A stretch of 64,000 bases of DNA from Bacteroidales bacterium. Its GTDB lineage: Bacteria > Bacteroidota > Bacteroidia > Bacteroidales > VadinHA17. A model generated the notes under the pieces. The model ran no database searches. It worked only from the letters and a program-made list of their open reading frames with translations, and was not told where the DNA came from. Where the stretch lies: the NCBI GenBank assembly GCA_003141895.1, contig PLNT01000040.1, positions 80,266 to 144,265 of the forward strand. Reading direction: 5' to 3'. The position numbers were made by a program, and so were the translations under genes. Of this stretch, positions 58,533-64,000 are shown piece after piece (the first letter of the stretch is position 1; each line of letters begins with the position of its first letter).

Positions 58533-59828
58533 TTAATTCATTTTATTGTCAATCACTTGGTAATAAATATCGCGAACATGTCGGGCTGAGTTATCCCACT
58601 TAAGGCGTATAACCTCTTCCTTTCCGTTTTTAATAAACATATTTGATAGAGCAGGATAATTAAGGATGCCGTAAATCGCATCAGCCATGGCATCAATATC
58701 CCAGAAATCGGTTTTTACAGCATGTGTCAGTATCTCGGCCACGCCTGACTGCTTGCTTATGATAACCGGTACATTTGATTGCATAGCTTCCAGAGGTGAA
58801 ATACCAAAAGGTTCTGATACCGATGGCATAATATAAACATCACTCATGTCAAGCATTGTAAACACATCCGTTCCTTTGAGAAATCCTGTAAAATGGAACC
58901 TGTCAGTTATTTTAAGGGCTGCTGCCCTGCGCATCATCCTCTCCATCATATCACCCGATCCGGCCATCACGAACCTTACATTGTTCATTACCTGCAGGAC
59001 TTTGTATGCCGCCTCAATAAAATATTCAGGTCCCTTTTGTAAGGTTATCCTTCCAAGAAATGTTACAACTTTCTCATCAAAACCCTTCTTAAAGGTATTT
59101 TCAGCAACTTTTACCGGTTCAACTGCATTATAGACTGTCTCAACCTTGTCAGGATTAATATTATATTTATTTATTACGATATCCCGGGTAAGGTTACTCA
59201 CTGTAATTATTTTGGAAGCAGCATCCATCCCGTTTTTTTCAATCCTGTAAACATCAGGATTCACATTTCCGCCGCTACGGTCGAAATCTGTGGCATGAAC
59301 GTGTATCACAAGAGGTTTCCCTGAGATTTCCATTGCAGCAATGCCGGCAGGATAAGCAAGCCAGTCATGAGCATGAATAATGTCAAATTCATTTTCATCA
59401 GCAATCACCGAAGCCACAACGGAATATTTGTATATTTCATCCATCAGGTTCAGGCCGTATTTTCCTGAGAAATCTACTTTGCCTTCACTGTTTGTTTTAA
59501 CATAATAATTATAACCTGACACTTCTGAATTTACCCTTTTCCAGAAATCTTCGGGATCTGTGTAAGGCACTATTTTCGATGAAACTTCAATCCTTTCAAT
59601 AGGACGTTTAAATCCTTTATAATAGACAGTTTTATATGCTACCGGAATCTGATTTGCGCCAACAAGGCGGACCATTGACTGGTCCTCATCGCCCCAGGCT
59701 TTCGGGACAACAAAGATCACTTCCAGATCATCAAGTGTGGCCATGCCCTTAGTAAGACCATAACTGGCCGTGCCTAATCCACCAGAGATGTGGGGCGGGA
59801 ACTCCCATCCAAACATTAACACACGCAT
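58533..59828 (-). CDS. GT4 glycosyltransferase (glycogen cluster)
   Basis: WEFPPHISGGLG, HAHDW, EPFGISPLEA. Confidence 0.9.
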   Translation of the reverse strand: MRVLMFGWEFPPHISGGLGTASYGLTKGMATLDDLEVIFVVPKAWGDEDQSMVRLVGANQIPVAYKTVYYKGFKRPIERIEVSSKIVPYTDPEDFWKRVNSEVSGYNYYVKTNSEGKVDFSGKYGLNLMDEIYKYSVVASVIADENEFDIIHAHDWLAYPAGIAAMEISGKPLVIHVHATDFDRSGGNVNPDVYRIEKNGMDAASKIITVSNLTRDIVINKYNINPDKVETVYNAVEPVKVAENTFKKGFDEKVVTFLGRITLQKGPEYFIEAAYKVLQVMNNVRFVMAGSGDMMERMMRRAAALKITDRFHFTGFLKGTDVFTMLDMSDVYIMPSVSEPFGISPLEAMQSNVPVIISKQSGVAEILTHAVKTDFWDIDAMADAIYGILNYPALSNMFIKNGKEEVIRLKWDNSARHVRDIYYQVIDNKMN

Positions 59829-59840
59829 ATCCTGCCTTTG

Positions 59841-61790
59841 TTATTGATTTGCAAAATTTGTTTCAAGTATATCGATTATCCTGAGAACCTCTCCAACACT
59901 CCAGGCCTGTGAAATTGCCCCTCGGGGTGAATGAGGAGGATCCCCGTCATAAATCTCCGAAATAGTACTTATTCCATGTTCGCTCATCACTGCTTCAAGC
60001 CCATAAATCAGTTTTTTTACCTTTTGAACTCCCTGCTGGCCGTACACTTTAAGCCATCCTTCACAGAATGGTCCCAGAAGCCAAGGCCAGACTGTTCCCT
60101 GATGATAAGCATTATCTCTTTCTTCCTGAGAACCTTCACAACATCCCTTATAAAATTTGTTACCCGGAGAGAGGGTCCTTAGTCCTCTCGGCGTAACAAG
60201 CTCTCTATCAGAAATATCCAAAATATTTTTCATCTGTACTTTGTCAAGCATTGAGAAAGGTAATGAAACCGCAATAACCATATTTGGTCTCACATACATG
60301 TTTTTCCCTTCATCATCGTTGACATAATCAGCCAGATAACAAAGCTTGTCATCCCAGAAAACTTCAAGGAATGATTTCTTTATCAGATCAGGCAAATGCT
60401 CATATTCTTTTACAAAACTTTTGTCCTTCTCAACTCTTGCTAACTCAAGAGAAAAGCAAATAGCATTATACCAGAGAGCATTGATCTCAACTGCATAACC
60501 TCGTCGGGGAGTCACCGGCATTCCATTAACTACCGCATCCATCCAGGTAAGTGCTTTCCCGGGAGAATCAGTGTAAATTAAACCATTGTCTCTCATGTGA
60601 ATATTGAAAGCCGTGCCTTTTTTAAAGGCATTTAGTATTGATTTAGCTGCTTCACCGAATCGTTCCCAACTGTCAGTGCCGCCATGTTCAATGTATTGTT
60701 GAACAGCCCAGAAAAACCATAGAGGTGCATCTACAGAATTAAATGCCGGGTTGCTTTCAGTACCCATATTTGGAAACAATCCATTCTTCATTTTGTTAAT
60801 TTGGGTATCGAGAACTTCCCTGTATAATACAAGTTTGTGGCGCGCCACAGCCAACCCTGGTAATGAAATAAAAGTATCTCTTCCCCAGGCACCAAACCAT
60901 GGGTAACCTGCAACAATAAGGGTCTTCCCTCCTCTCTTCTCGACAAACTGCTGAGCGGCATTTCTTAGACAGTTAATAAAGCTGTCGCGGGGTATTTTAC
61001 CAGAAACAGTTTTTGTAAATTTTGCTTTTAGCCCTGAAGTATTCTCTTCCTTAGTTGAAGCTGAGAAAACGATTACGTCACCTTTTTTTGCTTTGAGCTC
61101 AAAGAAACCCGGAGTGAACAAATCCTCTGAATAATCATAACCACGTTTTTGTTCTTCCGGATATTCTACTCCCATGTACCAGTCGGGAACAGAAATAAAT
61201 TCAACATTTGTTGAAAACTGCATCTTCAAAGATGGAAAACCTTCATACATTTTTGATTTAACGCCGTTTTCAATAAAATCAACTTTGGTATTTGCATACA
61301 TGTTGGCATGCGTCAGATCATGAATATTCCGGAAAGCAAGAAATGGACGGAACTGTAATTTCATTGGTTCTGAGGCTTCAATGATTGTGAACCTTTTTAA
61401 AAGCTGTTCCTCATAATGAACCAGAAGACTTTCCATTTTCAGGATGACCCCTCCGACTCTGTAAATTCTTGAAGGAACATTGTCGGCATCAAAATCCTCA
61501 ATATATTTGTGACCTTTGGGACTGAAATAATCGCCTTTGTATTTTCTAATCCCGGTATTAAAACTTTTATCATTATTAACAACTGTTACATCGAGAGACG
61601 AAAGGAGCACAAATCTCTCACCACCAAACTCATCAATAGGACAAACAAGCAGTCCATGATATTTGCGGGTATTGCAACCAACAAGGGTGGATGAAGAATA
61701 GGAACCGGCTCTGTTTGTTCTGATCATTTCCCTCACAAGAGAGTATTCGAGGTTGACAACCTGCCCCTTTTCGAACTTGATGTAACTCAT
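59841..61790 (-). CDS. Glycogen debranching enzyme / amylo-alpha-1,6-glucosidase (GH133)
   Basis: TRKYHGLL, AGYPWF..WGRDTFISLPG, LTWMDA, YHQGTVWPW, QAWS. Confidence 0.92.
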   Translation of the reverse strand: MSYIKFEKGQVVNLEYSLVREMIRTNRAGSYSSSTLVGCNTRKYHGLLVCPIDEFGGERFVLLSSLDVTVVNNDKSFNTGIRKYKGDYFSPKGHKYIEDFDADNVPSRIYRVGGVILKMESLLVHYEEQLLKRFTIIEASEPMKLQFRPFLAFRNIHDLTHANMYANTKVDFIENGVKSKMYEGFPSLKMQFSTNVEFISVPDWYMGVEYPEEQKRGYDYSEDLFTPGFFELKAKKGDVIVFSASTKEENTSGLKAKFTKTVSGKIPRDSFINCLRNAAQQFVEKRGGKTLIVAGYPWFGAWGRDTFISLPGLAVARHKLVLYREVLDTQINKMKNGLFPNMGTESNPAFNSVDAPLWFFWAVQQYIEHGGTDSWERFGEAAKSILNAFKKGTAFNIHMRDNGLIYTDSPGKALTWMDAVVNGMPVTPRRGYAVEINALWYNAICFSLELARVEKDKSFVKEYEHLPDLIKKSFLEVFWDDKLCYLADYVNDDEGKNMYVRPNMVIAVSLPFSMLDKVQMKNILDISDRELVTPRGLRTLSPGNKFYKGCCEGSQEERDNAYHQGTVWPWLLGPFCEGWLKVYGQQGVQKVKKLIYGLEAVMSEHGISTISEIYDGDPPHSPRGAISQAWSVGEVLRIIDILETNFANQ

Positions 61791-61972
61791 ATAATTACAG
61801 TTTGAATGGTGTAAAAAAAGCTATGTAATATAAGAAAAAAAAATGAGCCCCGCAAACGGACACATTCCGGCTGGAAAATTAATAAAATTTCTTAAAAGTA
61901 TTGACCGATTAATTAAAAGAATAACTTTGCATCTCTATATTTGAAAATAATTATCAATTAACATTTTACTTA

Positions 61973-63136
61973 ATGAATAAGAAGCTGATTTTTTATCTGA
62001 TTATAGTACTGGTTAGTGCCGCATGTAAAAATAATAGTGTAAGAATTTTAGGTACCATTATTAACCCCGCAGTCGATTCATACATTTACCTTGATGAACT
62101 AAAAGGAAATGGACTAAAACCTGTTGATTCAATGAGAGTAACATCTGAAGGATCATTCAGGTTCAAAAAAGAGGTAACACAACCTTCATTTTATCTTTTG
62201 AAAAGTAATAATAATAACTTCCTTACCATGCTTCTTGAACCTGGCGAGAAAATAACGCTTAAGGTACAAAGAGATTCATTGAATGAGCCTGTATCTCTTA
62301 CTGGTTCAAAGGGTACTGAACTGATGGCAGAATATAACAAAAATCTGCAGGCAACAATAAAAAAGATGACTGGGCTACACAACATCTATGAGCAGAATTC
62401 AGATAAGCCCGATTTACCCAAACTGATTGAATCGCTCGATAGTCTTGCAAACATATACCTTAACGAGATTAACACTTATACAAAGAAATATATTGATGAT
62501 AATCTTACATCTCTTGTCAGCCTTGTTGCACTCTATCAGCAGGTTGCCCCAAGTGTATATATCATGAATCCGGCAAAGGATATGAAATATTTTCTAAAGG
62601 TTGACTCATCAATGTTCAGTCTATATCCTGCTTATGAACCGGTTGTATCCTTGCATGAGCAAGTTAAGGAACTTGCTGCAAAAGTGAATGGCGATTCAAT
62701 AGCCTCACCTGCCTCAGCATCAGGTACTGTCGCACCTGATATCTCCCTACCGACGCCGGAAGGAGATACAATTAAACTCTCTTCAACAAGAGGGTCAATA
62801 GTATTGCTCGACTTTTGGGCATCCTGGTGTACTCCATGCAGAAAAGAAAATCCAAATCTAGTGACTGTTTATAACATGTATCATAAGAAAGGTTTTCAGA
62901 TTTACCAGGTATCACTCGACAAGACCAGGGATGCATGGTTAAAAGGCATTCAGGATGATCACCTTGATAAGTGGATACACGTAAGTGATGTTCAGTATTG
63001 GAATTCAATTGTTGTTCCTCTTTATAAAATTGAATCAATCCCTGCTAATTTTCTTCTTGATAAGGAAGGACATATAATTGCGTCTAACCTTCGGGGTGAG
63101 AGATTACAGACTATATTGGCCGAATTATTTAAATAA
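61973..63136 (+). CDS. TlpA/ResA-like thiol-disulfide oxidoreductase lipoprotein (DUF4369-type N-terminus)
   Basis: Lipobox SAAC; LLDFWASWCTPCR, IPANFLLD; TAACTTTG -7 at 61922-61929. Confidence 0.9.
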   Translation: MNKKLIFYLIIVLVSAACKNNSVRILGTIINPAVDSYIYLDELKGNGLKPVDSMRVTSEGSFRFKKEVTQPSFYLLKSNNNNFLTMLLEPGEKITLKVQRDSLNEPVSLTGSKGTELMAEYNKNLQATIKKMTGLHNIYEQNSDKPDLPKLIESLDSLANIYLNEINTYTKKYIDDNLTSLVSLVALYQQVAPSVYIMNPAKDMKYFLKVDSSMFSLYPAYEPVVSLHEQVKELAAKVNGDSIASPASASGTVAPDISLPTPEGDTIKLSSTRGSIVLLDFWASWCTPCRKENPNLVTVYNMYHKKGFQIYQVSLDKTRDAWLKGIQDDHLDKWIHVSDVQYWNSIVVPLYKIESIPANFLLDKEGHIIASNLRGERLQTILAELFK

Positions 63137-63159
63137 CTAAACCGGAAATTCTACTTTTA

Positions 63160-64000
63160 ATGAAACGAATTCTATTTCTCCTGGCTCTTTCTTTCTTCTT
63201 ATTCGGTTGTAGTAATAAGTCAAAATTCAGTGTTAACGGAGTTATAAAAAATACGAAGGGAAAATATATTTACCTGAACAGACTCGATGTTGATATTCCC
63301 GTTCTGATCGACTCGGCGAAAATTACCAGTAAAGGGACATTCAATCTGAAAGTAAAAGCAGCAGAGGCTGACTTTTACCAGCTGGGGGTATCATCTACAA
63401 ATTTTATCACTCTTCTGGCTAATCCCGGAGAGAAAATAAACCTTGTATTTAATAACAATAATCTCTTCGAAAATTACACGGTAAAAGGATCCGATGGGTC
63501 TGCAAAGCTTCAGACCCTGGACTTGGAACTTGCGGATACAAAAAGGAAACTTGATTCGATAAACACTTTATACTCAAAGGCTTCACTGGAGACAGGATTT
63601 GATGTCAAAGGGCCCTTACTTGAAACAGAATATAATAAACTGATTAAAGCCCAGCGTAAGAAAAACATTGAATTTATTATTAATAACATAAATTCACTGG
63701 CCTCGATTAAGGCACTCTATCAAAGGTTCAACCCCGACACATATGTTCTATACGATCCTCATGATCTGCAGTATCTGAAAATTGTGACTGACTCGCTCCT
63801 AAAACATTATCCATACTCAAAACAGGTTCAGGCGCTGGCAAGAGATTTTCAGAAAGAGATGAATCAGATATATACCACACAGATTCAGCATCTTGCCAGT
63901 ACATTGCCTAAGACAAAACTTGATCCCGATCTGATAAATATATCCGGTAAAAGAGTTGCACTCTCCTCACTGAAAGGAAAGTATGTTCTTCTGGCATTCT
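63160..64000 (+). CDS. Second DUF4369/TlpA-like lipoprotein, 3'-truncated by window edge
   Basis: Manual translation MKRILFLLALSFFLFGC... remains open to the edge, ending LSSLKGKYVLLAF; similar in layout to the upstream gene. Confidence 0.8.
   Translation, partial: MKRILFLLALSFFLFGCSNKSKFSVNGVIKNTKGKYIYLNRLDVDIPVLIDSAKITSKGTFNLKVKAAEADFYQLGVSSTNFITLLANPGEKINLVFNNNNLFENYTVKGSDGSAKLQTLDLELADTKRKLDSINTLYSKASLETGFDVKGPLLETEYNKLIKAQRKKNIEFIINNINSLASIKALYQRFNPDTYVLYDPHDLQYLKIVTDSLLKHYPYSKQVQALARDFQKEMNQIYTTQIQHLASTLPKTKLDPDLINISGKRVALSSLKGKYVLLAF

Overview
AT-rich chromosomal segment of a Bacteroidota bacterium, probably an anaerobic Bacteroidales-like lineage. The assignment rests on TAnnTTTG -7 / TTTG -33 promoters, a near absence of Shine-Dalgarno motifs, and purH-mreBCD-mrdA-rodA and tig-clpP-clpX synteny. 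Content is mostly housekeeping: elongasome, purH, rsmA, carA/carB split by an opposite-strand argR-argG-argH block, recQ, tatC-lptB-tRNA-Leu(TAG)-tig-clpP-clpX, thyA-folA, rplU-rpmA-serS, ruvC, greA, ahcY, ribF, a glycogen cluster and two TlpA-like lipoproteins. No prophage, intact transposase, CRISPR array or rRNA is visible. Most notable are: (1) a COG2403 protein resembling arginine synthetase ArcE, preceded by a Shine-Dalgarno motif atypical for the phylum; (2) an uncharacterised helical lipoprotein plus TerB-like/ABCG-type fused transporter pair; (3) a single polypeptide fusing GT3 glycogen synthase and GT35 phosphorylase; (4) a decayed four-helix-bundle (23S-IVP-like) gene enclosed by inverted heptamer arrays, with similar empty inverted short-repeat arrays elsewhere; (5) a tandem MacB-like permease triplication with an in-frame-deleted remnant; (6) several families of intergenic palindromic repeats, some nested. 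All calls come from reading motifs by eye; no database search was run.
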